Assembly: GCA_009914755.4 (NCBI GenBank)
Contig: CP068257.2
Span: 42,400,001-42,464,000, forward strand
Source: the human T2T-CHM13v2.0 reference genome, Homo sapiens
DNA length: 64,000 nt
Reading direction: 5' to 3'
Within the stretch, counting starts at the first letter, position 1. Each line of letters opens with the position of its first letter. Both the position numbers and the translations under genes were made by a program. Positions 30,653-44,320 of the stretch are shown here, piece by piece. Under the pieces are notes generated by a model. The model was not told the DNA's origin, did not search any database, and saw only the letters and a list, made by a program, of their open reading frames with translations.

Positions 30653-30767
30653 TTAAAGTCCTTGGGCTATCTATGTGGACTTGTGTCAGAGAAAGGACCT
30701 AACTCAGAAGATCTCAACAGGACAGTTGACCTTTTGGCAGGTTTGGGAGCTGAGCGACCAGAAACAG
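30653..30767 (+). CDS. TRAPPC10: TRAPPC10 exon. Peptide LKSLGYLCGLVSEKGPNSEDLNRTVDLLAGLGAERPET(A).
   Basis: Acceptor ttatcttaacag| and donor |gtactt at 30768. Phase continuity with the exons either side. Confidence 0.88.
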
Positions 30768-31085
30768 GTACTTTTTTGTATATACCTGTGTGAGTGGTGA
30801 GGTGGACAGTAATGAAAATGTCCTTTGCAAGTTGGCACATTTAACCGAAGTTCTAAGAGTAATCATATTACTCACCATTTGGAAAATTATACCCATTGTT
30901 AGCTGACTGGATTAAAGCACATGATAGTTTACCTTTTAACAGCATAATGCAATATTAGAAATAGTTGAAGAAATTGGAAGGAGTTTCAGAAATGTAGCTG
31001 AGTTTCTCCTGGGCTTAAGGGACTTTATAGCTCATGTTCAAATGCACCACTGTCTCTCTGAATTACAGATGATCTGTTTTTCTAA

Positions 31086-31350
<265 letters not shown>

Positions 31351-31381
31351 TGGCCTCCCAGCAAATTTTTTAAAATAAATT

Positions 31382-31796
<415 letters not shown>

Positions 31797-32165
31797 TTAG
31801 TAAATTGAATAAATGTTTAAGGGAAAAAATACGTAGTATTTATATTTCATTGTTTCAACTTGAGACCATTTCAGATCACTTCGGAAGTAATTTAATTCAT
31901 CGGAGTATTTGTAATATATGTTTCTAAAAAAGTTTAGTTCTAAAGATCAGAGAAAAAGCATGACACAAAGCGTTTTGACTATTTTATGAATATGTGAATT
32001 GAAAGAGAATGTACATAATCATGTAGTTTCCGTTGGCATTGGCCGGTTTGTAATTTCACAAGAGTCAGATGAGGTCATCTACCTGCAGTATGTGAAGGTG
32101 AATGTAAAGTCATGTGACTGGACATGATGAAGATGAAGAGGGACTCTCGTTTCTTTCTGTTTAAG

Positions 32166-32242
32166 CCAACACAGCTCAGAGTCCTTATAAGAAACTGAAA
32201 GAAGCATTATCGTCAGTGGAAGCTTTTGAAAAACACTACTTA
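32166..32242 (+). CDS. TRAPPC10: TRAPPC10 exon (77 nt). Peptide (A)NTAQSPYKKLKEALSSVEAFEKHYL.
   Basis: Acceptor ttctttctgtttaag| and donor |gtaagt at 32243. Confidence 0.88.
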
Positions 32243-32920
32243 GTAAGTATTAACAAGTGTTCAATGTCTGTTCTGTGAATACCTGTCTCTAGAAGGCTTT
32301 GCTACATGGCCTGTTGAGTTGGGAAGGAACTGGTGTGGGGGGCCCCTTCTTGTTGGTTTTTTTTAGTTTCTTTGGTACCTGGGGAGTTGTGGACAAAACA
32401 TGGAGTAGTTCATCAAATGTGTATTAGTGCCCATGGTACCATGCTAGGCATGGAATCATCTTTGAATATTTACCGTTTTGTTCAAATTGGGTTTGCTCAC
32501 ACAGAAATTATAAGAGAGGCTAGTGAATACTTTTCTTTGTAAAAAGGAGTAATTTGGACTTGGGCAGAGCTATTGTATTTGATTTTGAAAGACTTAAATT
32601 AGCAAAACTTTAAAAAACGGTGTAGGCAGAAGTGTGGTGGGTCAGCGTCATTCCCGGGTCATGGGCAACTTGAGCGTTTGGTCTGCCCGTAATGGCTGTA
32701 CCTCTTATACACACAAGTATGAAAAATACCCAGCATGTCACCCACGTGCAGAAAGTCCTTGGAAAAGTTAGATGTTTTGGATGAGTTTGTGGGTTTCTTT
32801 TATTATTATGCTTCATAATTTATACACAGGTTACCAATTTTGCTTATATATTACAGAAAAATTCACAAAAATAGATGCAAAGGAAAAAATAATGTTACAT
32901 TATTAGCAATGTCTTCTGCG

Positions 32921-33210
32921 GGCTGGGCATGGTGGCTCACGCCTGTAATTCAGCACTTTGGGAGGCTGAGGCAGGTGGATCACTTGAGGTCAGGAGTTTG
33001 AGACCAGCCTAGCCAACATGGTGAAATCCTGTCTCTGCTAAAGATACAAAAAATTAGCCGGGCCTGGTGGCGCCTGTAGTCCCAGCTACTTGGGAAGCTG
33101 AGGCACAAGAATCACTTCAACCTATGAGGCGGAGGTTGCAGTGAGCTGAGATCTCACCGCTGTGCTCCAGCCTGGGCGATGGAGCAAGACTCTGTCTCAA
33201 AACAAAAACC
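32921..33210 (+). mobile_element. Alu SINE, sense, with target-site duplication about CAATGTCTT.
   Basis: GGCTGGGCATGGTGGCTCACGCCTGTAATTCAGCACTTTGGGAGGCTGAGG ... CTCAAAACAAAAACC. Flanks are agCAATGTCTTctg and caaCAATGTCTTttg. Confidence 0.9.
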
Positions 33211-33306
33211 CAACAATGTCTTTTGTGTGAGCTTTAGGTGAATAAATGTAGTATTTGTCCATCATTAAAAGTTCAAGTACATAATTGTGTTTTTACTTCC
33301 CCACAG

Positions 33307-33398
33307 GATTTGTCCCATGCCACCATTGAAATGTATACAAGCATTGGGAGGATTCGATCTGCTAAGTTTGTTGGAAAAGATCTGGCAGAGTTTTACAT
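33307..33398 (+). CDS. TRAPPC10: TRAPPC10 exon (92 nt). Peptide DLSHATIEMYTSIGRIRSAKFVGKDLAEFY(M).
   Basis: Acceptor ttacttccccacag| and donor AT|gtaatt at 33399. Ends at phase 2. Confidence 0.88.
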
Positions 33399-34420
33399 GT
33401 AATTGATTTTGTACTTTTCTTTGAATTCTAAACATACAAATAACACGAGAAGATTTGTTATATATGGAGTTAGTATAAAGTGCACATAAATTTGTAGACT
33501 GAAAAGTGTAGATTCTCTTACCCAGTCCTCATAATTTTTTTTTCAGTTTCTTCTGAAAACCAGATGGAGAGATTTTCTGCTTGTTACTCTTAATAACTGT
33601 TATTGGTCTTTGAGGTTCTTTTATTTAATTAAATATATACATTTTTGTAACTAAGTTTAATTAAAGAATTATAAGACAGTATAATGGTGAGTAAATTGGC
33701 ATATAGATTCTTACATATTTTGTTATATAGCATTTCTCTAATTTTATCAAGTATTAAGAGGACTGAAAAACCTCAAGGCCATTGATGTAAAGCTACTGCA
33801 TGTGTCAGGTTCATGAAAGAGGGATGATCTAGGGATGACTGGAAGAAGGTGTGTACAAAGACTGCAGGGTTTCCATTCCAGCTCCAGCTTTGAAGTTTGA
33901 TTCCAGAAAAACTCAAAATTTAGCGTATTTCTGGTGTGTTTCATAAAATCAGACTATCAAAGAGAAGAAACCCCAGTGGGTCATGTGGTTACCATTTCAG
34001 AGTACTCAAAGGAGATACAAGCTATAAGGAAAAAGATGCTTGTTTTCATTTTCTAAAAAAAAAAAAAAAAAAAGTGATTGAAATGAGATCTTGAAATCTG
34101 TACTCAAGTGATTTCATTAGGTGAAGCAAGAAATGAGAATTGATTTGAACTGATGTGAATTGGCTGGAAAGGGATTCTTAGATCAGCTAAGTGAACTTTC
34201 TGGTTTTCCGGATGTGGTTGGAGCAGCTTTGCCGATTACCCACTGGTTAACAGCAGAGTCACAGCTAGAATGTAGCTCTCTTGAACTTCCATGCTGTGTA
34301 TCTGAAGAGGAAGGTGCTCCTTAAGGAAGCAGAGAGGCTTCTCGGGAAAGGGGAGGGGATCCTTGTTGCTCCTGAGGCTTTGACAAGCCCTTATTAATTT
34401 GCATTTTAAAGGCAGGCAAG

Positions 34421-34568
34421 GCCGCACACACCAGTAGTCCCAGCTACAGTGGAGGAGGCTGAGGCGGGAGGATCACTTGAGCTGAGGAGTTTGAGACTGC
34501 AGTGAGCTATGATCACACCACTGTATTCCAGCCTGAGTGACAGAGCAAGACCCCATCTTTAAAAAAAA
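34421..34568 (+). mobile_element. Alu right-monomer fragment with A-tail.
   Basis: GTAGTCCCAGCTACAGTGGAGGAGGCTGAGGCGGGAGGATCACTTGAGCTGAGGAGTTTGAGACTGCAGTGAGCTATGATCACACCACTGTATTCCAGCCTGAGTGACAGAGCAAGACCCCATCTTTAAAAAAAA. Confidence 0.8.
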
Positions 34569-35177
34569 CAGTTGTGCTTTAAACTTTGCTTTGGGGGCCA
34601 AGTGTGGCTATTTTAATTCTCCGGCGTTCTCTGGAAGCTGGATCCTGTGGAGTGCTCTTTGCCTGAGTTTCCAAGTGGCTCTGTGCTCCCTTCCGCTTGC
34701 GCCCTGTAGACTGCTTCTGTGTTTCTGTGCCTTTAGTAGGTAGTGTAGACCCATACTTGGACTTCCTGGCTTCATTGCTGACTAGCAGTGTACTTGTGGA
34801 CAAGCCCTTCCTTCACCTTCTCTTAGCCTTGGCCCTCTTGCCTGTCAGCTTGAGATCATGAATGATAGGCTCACTTTCTTATCCTGAGATTCAGCTATGA
34901 AAGTTCCTCGACATGTGTATAAAGCCAGACCAACGATGTGTTGTGCTCTTATCACCACACGCTCATTTCTCAGATCTTTGCCTGGGAGTCTAATTATGTC
35001 GTCCTGAGTAGGTACTCTTTCTCACGGAGTGGGGTGGGTGGAAAAGGGCTATCTAGAGATGTTGAGTCTGTCCTGGCATGGGGTCTGGAGGATGGAGGCC
35101 AAAGCGGGAGAGATGGGGTTTCAGTGTGTTGATTATCCCTAGCTGTAATGAAAGCTACTGTTTGTTGACTTTGCAAG

Positions 35178-35318
35178 GAGGAAAAAGGCTCCACAAAAGG
35201 CAGAAATCTATCTTCAAGGAGCACTGAAAAACTACCTGGCTGAGGGCTGGGCACTCCCCATCACACACACAAGGAAGCAGCTGGCCGAATGTCAAAAGCA
35301 CCTTGGACAAATTGAAAA
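35178..35318 (+). CDS. TRAPPC10: TRAPPC10 exon (141 nt). Peptide (M)RKKAPQKAEIYLQGALKNYLAEGWALPITHTRKQLAECQKHLGQIE(N).
   Basis: Acceptor ttgactttgcaag|. The donor AA|gtatcc at 35319 is weak at +4 to +6. Confidence 0.85.
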
Positions 35319-35628
35319 GTATCCTTTAATGTTTTCATGAAGCAGGAAAATTATTTTCTGTTTATACGGCAACATTGCCCACAATCAATGTTTCATTCAC
35401 ACCTATTATTAAGGAGATAAAAGTCCTAACTTATACATATGTATTGTATAGAAAATGAATGAAATGTCTAGTCGATTTTTTATAATCTAATTTTGAGCCC
35501 TAGTAACTTAAAAAAAAAAAGCCCTTTGGCTTTTGAAGCCTCTGTGAAGGCCGTAGGAGACTTTGCATCCACTTCCCCCCGCACTCCTAAGTATGAGCCT
35601 CTCCACGCTCCTTACCTCTCCGCTCCAG

Positions 35629-35741
35629 CTACCTGCAGACCAGCAGCCTCTTAGCCAGTGACCACCACCTCACTGAAGAGGAGCGCAAGCACTTCTGCCA
35701 GGAGATACTTGACTTTGCCAGCCAGCCGTCAGACAGCCCAG
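35629..35741 (+). CDS. TRAPPC10: TRAPPC10 exon (113 nt). Peptide (N)YLQTSSLLASDHHLTEEERKHFCQEILDFASQPSDSP(G).
   Basis: Acceptor ctctccgctccag| and donor |gtaaga at 35742. Confidence 0.88.
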
Positions 35742-36118
35742 GTAAGACCAGTTCTTACAACTTGACTAGGAATATTTTCAAATATTACAGAAGTAAAAAA
35801 GAATACAAGATATACCAACCACTTACAGTAAACAGTTGCTAACATTTTGCTGTGTAGCTGACATGTATCTATGTCTTTCACCTGACTTTTTTTTTTATTT
35901 TTGCTTTAAGTCAAACTCTAGACCACATTAGATCTTCTAAAAATAAGGACAGTCTCTTAACCACACCCAAAGAATTAATAAGGTTCTAATATCATCTGCT
36001 AAGTAGGCCATATTCATATTTCCCTAATTGTCTTAAAGTATTTTATAAATCATTTTTAATGGAGTCCAACAGGATATCACATATTACATGTGGTTGTTAG
36101 ATCTCAGTTCTCTTTTAA

Positions 36119-36452
<334 letters not shown>

Positions 36453-36619
36453 TTTTTCTTCATTTTTTAAGATGGTGCTTTTTTTTTTTTTTAAAATGTA
36501 ACAGCATTATTGTGATATTCACAAACCATGTAATTCACTCATTTGAAGTTTATAATTCAATGGCTTTTAGTCTGTTTCAGGAATATGTGCAACCATTACC
36601 ACAGTCAATATTATTGTTC

Positions 36620-36620
<1 letters not shown>

Positions 36621-36650
<30 letters not shown>

Positions 36651-37072
36651 TGACTATCTTGCTCTCTTGCCTGGGCTGGAGTGCAGTGGCACGATCCCAG
36701 CTCACTGTAGCCTCAACCTTCTGGAGTCAAGAGATCCTCTTACTTTGGCTTCCTGAGTGGCAGGGACCACAGGTGTGGGCCACCACACCCAGCTATTTTT
36801 TTTCTTCTCTGTCTCCCAGGTTGGAGTGCAGTGGCATGATTGTAGCCCACTGCAACCTCTGCTTTTTGGGCTCAATTGCTCCTCCCACCTCCACCTCCTG
36901 TGTAGCTTGGACTACAGGAGCATACCACCATGCCTGGCTAATTTTTGTATTTTTAGTAGAGATGGTTTTGCCATATTGCCCAGGCTGGTCTTTAACTCCT
37001 GAGCTCAAGGAATCTACACACCTCGGTCTCCCAAAGTGCTGGAATTACAGATGTGAGCCACCATGCCTGGCC
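36621..37072 (-). mobile_element. Composite of two antisense Alus (a right-arm fragment at 36621-36798 plus a near-full Alu at 36799-37072) sharing one 12-bp target-site duplication ACCACAGTCAAT.
   Basis: TSD copies at 36597-36608 and 37073-37084. Both halves carry the CCCAGGCTGGAGTGCAGTGG motif. Confidence 0.8.
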
Positions 37073-37256
37073 ACCACAGTCAATTTTAAAACATATTTAT
37101 CACCCTAAAAAGAAACCCCATACTGTAATCCCCAAAGTGCTGGGATTACAGGCGTGAGCCACCACGCTGGGCCCCAGATGCTTGTAAGTGAATACACCCC
37201 AGCAGTCAATAACCACATCAACCTGACCCTGAAACTTCTAGGAACTTCTGCCTGCC

Positions 37257-37500
37257 CTGGGAGGCCGGGGCAGGCAGATCACTTGAGGTCAGGAGTTTGA
37301 GACCAGCCTGGGCAACATGGCGAAACCCTGTCTCTACAAAAAATTAGCCAGGTGTGGTGGCGGGCACCTGTAGTCCCAGCTACCCAGGAGGCTGAGGTAG
37401 GAGGATCGCTTGAGCCCAGGAGAACTGGGCTGTAGTGAGCCAAGATGGTGCCACTATACTATAGCCTGGGCGACAGAGCGAGACCCTGTCTCAAAGAAAG
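37257..37500 (+). mobile_element. Alu SINE, sense, 5'-truncated by about 35 nt.
   Basis: GGGAGGCCGGGGCAGGCAGATCACTTGAGGTCAGGAGTTTGAGACCAGCCTGGGCAACATGGCGAAACCCTGTCTCTAC ... GCGACAGAGCGAGACCCTGTCTCAAAG. Confidence 0.85.
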
Positions 37501-38401
37501 GGGGACAACAAAAGATCCATGTGGGTGGGTTTCTCGGGAGCATCATGACGTTAGTCTGTGGAGTCTTTAACGCGCCCAAGCTGACTGTTGGTAGAGCCGT
37601 GACCACATCTGCTGCTGCTTTGTATTTGAGACTATTTGAGTTGTGATGTTCCTGCCAACGTTCCTTGGTATCTCTATACGAATAAAATATTCCACAATCG
37701 TTTACTGTTTCTCATGATCTATGGCATCAGTCTTGGCAAGTCCTTTCGTTGATGAATATTTAATAAATACTTAACTGGTCACTTCTGCAGCCTTGTGTAT
37801 TTTCTAGACAAAACCAAGGTACTTACAGTTCGGTCAGAGAGAGAAGGGCCCAGAGAGAGCATTAGGCTCTCATTCCAGCAGCAACTGTAGACCTGGCTGG
37901 TTGCTGCCATCCTGGGCCTGGGGGCACAGAGGGGTCCTGCTTAATCGGCTGACTTTGTAGACTGGCAGACACCTGGGGTTTGTTTCCACATCACAGCAGG
38001 GCACTTGGGCATCTTCACTGAGCATGTTTTTAAGTAGGTGAGAAAATATTGGAATCCCTTGGAAATAGCTGTAGAAATTGGACTATTTACAAATTGTCGT
38101 TTGAAATTGAGAGGTAGTTGACCTGTATTTCTCTTAGGTTTGTCAAAGCAGACTTGAGAAGGTTAATTTCTGTACATTTTATGATTTCTAGGCATTACGT
38201 AGGTATTTGCTAATATTCTGCTTTTGATACAATAGCCTTTGGGGGGTGTGAAGATGGCAGGAGGCTGGGCTCAGCTGCTGTGCCCATCACTGCTGCTTGC
38301 TTCAGTCTGCTCTCGGTGATCTTACTGTGTCCGCGGCCTGCTGCTGCTTACTGTCAGGAAGTGTGACTTGGGGAGTCACTTACGATAATGTCTATTTACA
38401 G

Positions 38402-38916
38402 GTCATAAGATAGTGCTACCCATGCATTCCTTTGCACAACTGCGAGATCTCCATTTTGATCCCTCCAATGCCGTGGTCCACGTGGGCGGCGTTTTGTGCG
38501 TTGAGATAACCATGTACAGCCAGATGCCTGTGCCTGTTCACGTGGAGCAGATTGTGGTCAATGTCCACTTCAGCATTGAGAAAAACAGCTACCGGAAGAC
38601 TGCGGAGTGGCTTACCAAGCACAAGACGTCCAATGGGATCATTAACTTTCCACCCGAGACCGCACCTTTCCCTGTATCCCAAAACAGTTTGCCCGCGCTG
38701 GAGTTGTATGAAATGTTTGAGAGAAGCCCATCTGATAACTCCTTGAACACGACTGGGATTATCTGCAGAAACGTCCACATGCTCCTGAGAAGGCAGGAGA
38801 GCAGCTCCTCTCTAGAGATGCCCTCAGGGGTGGCTCTGGAGGAGGGTGCCCACGTGCTGAGGTGCAGCCACGTGACCCTGGAACCAGGGGCCAACCAGAT
38901 AACATTCAGGACTCAG
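38402..38916 (+). CDS. TRAPPC10: TRAPPC10 large exon (515 nt, 171 codons plus 2 nt). Peptide (G)HKIVLPMHSFAQLRDLHFDPSNAVVHVGGVLCVEITMYSQMPVPVHVEQIVVNVHFSIEKNSYRKTAEWLTKHKTSNGIINFPPETAPFPVSQNSLPALELYEMFERSPSDNSLNTTGIICRNVHMLLRRQESSSSLEMPSGVALEEGAHVLRCSHVTLEPGANQITFRTQ.
   Basis: Acceptor tctatttacag| and donor |gtatgc at 38917. Coincides with the track ORF 38413..39006. Confidence 0.9.
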
Positions 38917-39735
38917 GTATGCGTTCAGGGTGGGAACTTGACTTTCAAGTTTGTAAAGCAGGGCCGTGGAGCTTACAAGAACTGTCTGGAGTGTGCTGTG
39001 AATTGAGTAGAGTCCTTTGTTCTCCTAACCCTGTTTTTGTCTCTGTCCTTATACAAAAATACACTGATGTTTTCTTTCGTGTTTTATACAATTTTCTGAC
39101 ATTTGATAAATTCTGAGTGAAGTTCTTAACGTAGATATTTGTTCTTAGATTAAGTTAGCTTTTTAACTCATTGGATTATTGGATTCAGTTAGCTTTCCCC
39201 CCTGCATATGAAAATACACACCCTCATTTGTTAAAATGAGCTTTCAAAGAAGGTGGTACACTTTCCCACTCAAACTTATTTTCCTTTTGTGGCTGGCTGG
39301 GTGTCAAAACTGGTGTTTCTCACCCACTCTAACATAAAGTTTTCTCTGACACAGGATATCCTGTAAGTTCCACTAACTCAACAGGATTTGGCCTGTGGAA
39401 AGTACAGCTATTTGTCACATTTTTTAGTCTAGGGCAGGGCTTAAATCTCGTGCTGAATGTCTCTACAATGCCACAAATACAGTTTAGATAAGTTGAAAAT
39501 ACCTTATTAAAGTTAAATTTAAGCATCAGTTACTCAGAAAATCACGAATTGAGAGATTCTGAGGGCCTTGTGAAGAGCCCAAGCTTAGAGGTTTAGGCAC
39601 AAGAGCAGGGGGTACAAGAGGGAAAGAAGTACAGGCCTTTCTGGAGTTCAGAGAGACCGCTGCACCGCGCTACCGCAGGAAGCTAACTGCAAAACTGGGT
39701 GACGTGGTTTCAAATGCCTGATTCTTTGACTCTAG

Positions 39736-39877
39736 GCCAAGGAACCTGGAACGTATACACTCAGGCAGCTGTGCGCCTCGGTGGGCTCCGTGTGGTTCGT
39801 CCTCCCTCACATCTACCCCATTGTGCAGTACGACGTGTACTCACAGGAGCCCCAGCTGCACGTGGAGCCGCTGGCTG
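39736..39877 (+). CDS. TRAPPC10: TRAPPC10 exon (142 nt). Peptide AKEPGTYTLRQLCASVGSVWFVLPHIYPIVQYDVYSQEPQLHVEPLA(D).
   Basis: Acceptor ttctttgactctag| and donor |gtgagt at 39878. Confidence 0.88.
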
Positions 39878-41046
39878 GTGAGTGGGGTCCCCAGCCTTTG
39901 AGGAGGCGTGCTGCTGGGGCAGTTCTGAGGAGACCTGCTGAGATGCCAGGCTTCTCATAAGTTTTAGCTGTGTCTGCCTTTAAGAGATATTTTGGGTAAC
40001 ATAATGGAAATTTTGCCTGGGAACTAGCTGACTGCCTCTTTTGTTTATCTGAATGTTTGCTTTCCTGTAATTGCTTTTTCATGTTTAATAAACATGGTGT
40101 ATCTGAAAATAAGAAACACAGAAGAATTAGCTCTGAGAGTGGAAAAAAGAAACTCAAGGTATTTTTTTCTATTGGCTCACTCAACCTAATGGTCAATGCA
40201 GAGGACTTCTGGGCCCAAATGTGCAGGGATTTCCCCCTGCCAGCAAGCAAGCAGTCGGTCCTGCAATTCAGTTCTGACCCTGTCTACTGGAGCTGGCGTC
40301 AGACACCACAGGGTGAGGGCTCAGTCCCCAAGACAGTCCCCCCCTTCCCATGCCAGCCACCAGCCCAGGGTTCTTTTGCTTGTGCTCCTGACCAACTAGC
40401 TAGAAATCAGGGCTCTCACAACCCCCTTTCTGGGTTTGATGAATTTGTTAGAACAGCTCACAGAACTCAGGGAAACAGGTTGACTGGATTATTATAAGGG
40501 ATATAGATGAAGAAGTGTGGAGGGTGAGGTATGGGGAAAGGGGTGCAGAGCTTCCACGCCCTCCCTGGGCGCCACCCTCCAGGAACCTCCATGTGTTCAG
40601 CTGCCTGAAAGCTCTCCAGACCCTGTCCTTTGGTTTTTATGGAAGTGACATTACACAGGCATGATCGATTACACCACTGGCCACTGATGAGCAACTCGAC
40701 CTTCAGCCCCTCTTTCCTCCCTGGAGGTTGGGTGCCACTGCTGAAAGGCCCGACCCTCTAATCCTGCCCTGGTCATTCTGGTGACCAGTCCTCATCTTGA
40801 AGCTACCTTGGAGCTGCCAGCCTCCAATCAACTCATTAGCCTACAAAAAGACATCACTTTGGAGATTCTAAGGAATTTGGGAGCTAGTATGCCTGGAAAT
40901 GGGGTTGAAAACTACATGTGTATTTTACAGTGTCACATTAGGCCAAGAAGCAGCTAATGTCTACCACAGGGTTTCATAAATATGTATATAATTTCCTGCT
41001 TAGAAGTACGTTTCAAATGCTAAACACTAGATTTAGTTAGGATCTA

Positions 41047-41333
41047 TACTCAGATCCCAGCACTTTGGGAGGCCAAGGCTTTGAGACCAGCATGGGTAAG
41101 CCAGTCGGGGCAGGATGACAAAACCCCATCTCTGCAAAATAAAAAAATGAAGTAAATTAGCTGGGTGTAGTCGTGCGCCACGGCCTCTAGTCCTAGCTAC
41201 AGGCTGGAGCCCCAGCTGAGGCTCCTGCCTCAGCCTCCTGAGCCCAGGAGTTTGAGGCCTCAGGGAGCTGTGATTGCGCCACTGTTCTCCAGCGTGGGTG
41301 ACAGAACAAAACTCCATCTCTTAAAAAAAAAAA
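41047..41333 (+). mobile_element. Old, diverged Alu (AluJ-like), sense.
   Basis: GATCCCAGCACTTTGGGAGGCCAAGGCTTTGAGACCAGCATGGGTAAGC ... CTCCAGCGTGGGTGACAGAACAAAACTCCATCTCTTAAAAAAAAAAA. Many substitutions relative to consensus. Confidence 0.75.
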
Positions 41334-42415
41334 AAGTTTTCCTTTGAAAGGGTTGATTAAACTTGTCCGTCTGGCATGGCATTTGAGAAATTCAAAGCTA
41401 TTGTCCTTTCTGATAAGTTCTAAAATTGGAAGGAGTTGCTATAAACAAATGATTGAAGAACATGTGGCAGCTGAACAAGAGTGAGTGAATGTCTCCTTTG
41501 TTCGGGCTAGCAACGATTTATTTATTTGCCTGTTTCTTCTACGTGGAAAAAAATCACAAAGGGCATTTTTCTGTTATTCCCCCATTCCCCCTATTTTTCT
41601 GCATTTGTGCCTCTTGTGTGGCCACCAGCAAAGGCTGTCAGATGTGGGACACAGCAGTCAGTCTCTCCAGTGATTCTTCCATTGGAACATTGTGTAGAGA
41701 AGCTGAACTCGATTCCCGCAGGGGAGCCGAAGCACCAGCCAGCAGGCCCTGCCCTCCCCATGGCCCAGCGGCTGCAGTGCCAGGCTCATGGCCTGGCTCC
41801 TGCTTCCTGCCTAGTGTCCCCTGTCTCTGTCCACTCTCCCCCCGGTCCTGGTATCTTGCCTGCCTTCTGTCTTCCCTGCAGCAGGATTCTCAGAGGCCTC
41901 AGCTCACTCCTGCCTCTCATTGCTGTCTTGGAGTGAGGGGGAGCCACCTGACTGCTGACTGTTCTTAACCCAAAAGCCCGTGGCCTGAAGCTGAAAAATC
42001 CAGAGAAGGTTTTGAATATTTGAGCAGCACCAGCACAGTCAAGTTTTCTTTACAGTCTCTTCTTAAGCCTCATTATGTGATTCTCTTCTACTACTAATGG
42101 GCAGGCAAATTTTGTGACCCTCAGAGACGTAGTCATGATCATAATCCCTGACTTGCTGAACCAAGATGGGTATAAGACTCCTTGACTCACAGGATTCTTT
42201 TTTCCCCAGCAAGGTTCTCCTTCAACCCTGTAGTCCACATCATTGAGATGAAAAGTTAGGGCAGAAGGGAATGGAAGTAGAAGGAATTCATGGAGATCCC
42301 AAAGGAGCAAATCTTTCATAGTAAAAGAAATAGAGCCCCTTTCACCCCATTGCGGGCCCTGAGATGCTGTCTTCCGGTTGGCAGCGGTGCTGAGCCACGA
42401 TCTCTTTTCCTTTAG

Positions 42416-42574
42416 ATAGCCTTCTGGCAGGCATTCCTCAGAGAGTCAAGTTCACTGTCACTACCGGCCATTATACGATAAAGAATGGAGACAGCCTGCA
42501 GCTTAGCAATGCCGAAGCCATGCTCATCCTGTGCCAGGCGGAGAGCAGGGCTGTGGTCTACTCCAACACGAGAG
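42416..42574 (+). CDS. TRAPPC10: TRAPPC10 exon (159 nt). Peptide (D)SLLAGIPQRVKFTVTTGHYTIKNGDSLQLSNAEAMLILCQAESRAVVYSNTR(E).
   Basis: Acceptor ctcttttcctttag| and donor |gtgagg at 42575. Same frame as the track ORF 42520..42723. Confidence 0.86.
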
Positions 42575-43312
42575 GTGAGGTGCCGCCCACCCAGGCCCAA
42601 GGAGGATGCCCACCTTGCCCTGCACTGTGTGGGTGTGAGGGTGAGCCTGGCCTTGCTGCCATCCTGCTGAGCGCCCCTCAACAGTGTCTGGAGTCCGTGT
42701 TCCATAGGAGCCCTGCGGCCTGATGCCTGTGCTGGGGTCCCATCTGAGGTGATAAACTGAGAGTGGTTCACACGCTGAGTGGCCGAGCAGTGCTTGTCTG
42801 GCTGAGGATTAGGAGATGGGGGTCACGGCTGGGGTCACGTTCCATGGTGATGCCTGCCAGACCCTGTCCCCCTTGGGCTGGCCCTGCTCCCGAGAAGCAA
42901 AAGCAGAGCAGCCCTTGCAGGTGCTGTTGAGAGCCCTGAGCACTCCCATCCTCCCAGCCACGAGGAAGGGGAAGGGGAGGACCCTGCTCCCCTGGGGTGG
43001 GGGTGGATCTGCGGATGAGCTGGAACGGGAGAAAGTCATGCAGGGACCTACACAGGACTTGGGTGGGCCCCGTGGGAAATGCCCTTTTCCTCTCTTCAGA
43101 TTGAGATCAATGATGGGTCTGGGCGCCTGCCTGCCGGCTTTCACACAGGGCTGCTCTGTCCTAGGGGCCTTGTTCTTGGGTTTGCCTGCCAGGTGCGCAG
43201 GAGCGGGAGAGGTTGAGCAGTGGCCTCACTGCTGGGCCATCACCTGCTGTAAGGAAAAGGACAAGTGAAACCGAGGGAACAGCTTTGAAGTGACTTTTTC
43301 TGTCCTTCGTAG

Positions 43313-43542
43313 AACAGTCTTCTGAGGCCGCGCTCCGGATTCAGTCCTCCGACAAGGTCACGAGCATCAGTCTGCCTGTTGCGCCTGCGTACCACGTGAT
43401 CGAATTTGAACTGGAAGTTCTCTCTTTACCTTCAGCCCCAGCACTCGGAGGGGAGAGTGACATGCTGGGGATGGCAGAGCCCCACAGGAAGCATAAGGAC
43501 AAACAGAGAACTGGCCGCTGCATGGTTACCACAGACCACAAA
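43313..43542 (+). CDS. TRAPPC10: TRAPPC10 exon (230 nt). Peptide (E)QSSEAALRIQSSDKVTSISLPVAPAYHVIEFELEVLSLPSAPALGGESDMLGMAEPHRKHKDKQRTGRCMVTTDHK.
   Basis: Acceptor ctgtccttcgtag| and donor AAA|gtgagt at 43543. Confidence 0.88.
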
Positions 43543-44320
43543 GTGAGTAGGGACAGTGGAGGAGCTTAGCTTGTGGGGCGTCCGCCGCCCGCCTGCCTGC
43601 TGGGAAAGGCGATGTAGCGATGCCTGCTGTTAGCCTGGCTCCTTCTGATTCCCGATGCCCTGGGCATGTGTTTAGCAGTTCTGTCTGTCTGTGAATCACC
43701 CTTTCTTAGATAAGGGGTGCATTTTTTGCAAGGGCAGAGACAAGCCAGCTCTACCTTTCCCTCTCAGTTCCAGGGGCCAGGGAGTTTGCTGTAAGAGGTT
43801 AGGGCCGGCTTAGGCATGAGGGGCGTAAAACTTGGGTCATGTCCATTAGACCGGTGACGAGGCCAGAGGAGGTCTGTGTCGTGTGTGCCTCGGTGTCTGT
43901 CCACTGAAACTCATAAGCTCAGCCACGGAGGAGCTGTCTCATTTTAGGCTTTGGTGCTGGTACTTACTGACAGTTACTTGAGAAAGATGTGATTTCGGTC
44001 CCAGAGCCACAGGATATCAGCTCATGGAATGTGTCGCTGCATCATGTTACTCAGGGTGTGCCCAAGTCTCGTAGCCCAGAAATCAATCCTGAGGGCCCTG
44101 AAACAGCCCAGGGGCCGCAGTATACGCCCAAGAGCAGCGGGGGCAAAGGGCAAGGCATGCCGTCTTTCCAAAGCACGGAGTCACCAGACAAGTCCACGCC
44201 TGAAGACGAATGTTGTAATGTTCAGCTTTTGAAGAACCTGAGGAAGTGTCTTTCCCTTAACTCACACAGACGTTCACCATTCACGAAGGTGGCGCTTAGC
44301 TCAGCAGGAGCGCGCAGCAC

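Noticed and set aside
38416-38894. Minus-strand ORFs of 120 and 101 aa overlapping the large exon at 38402-38916.
   Set aside because: Antisense frames of a constrained coding exon commonly stay open. There is no independent support.
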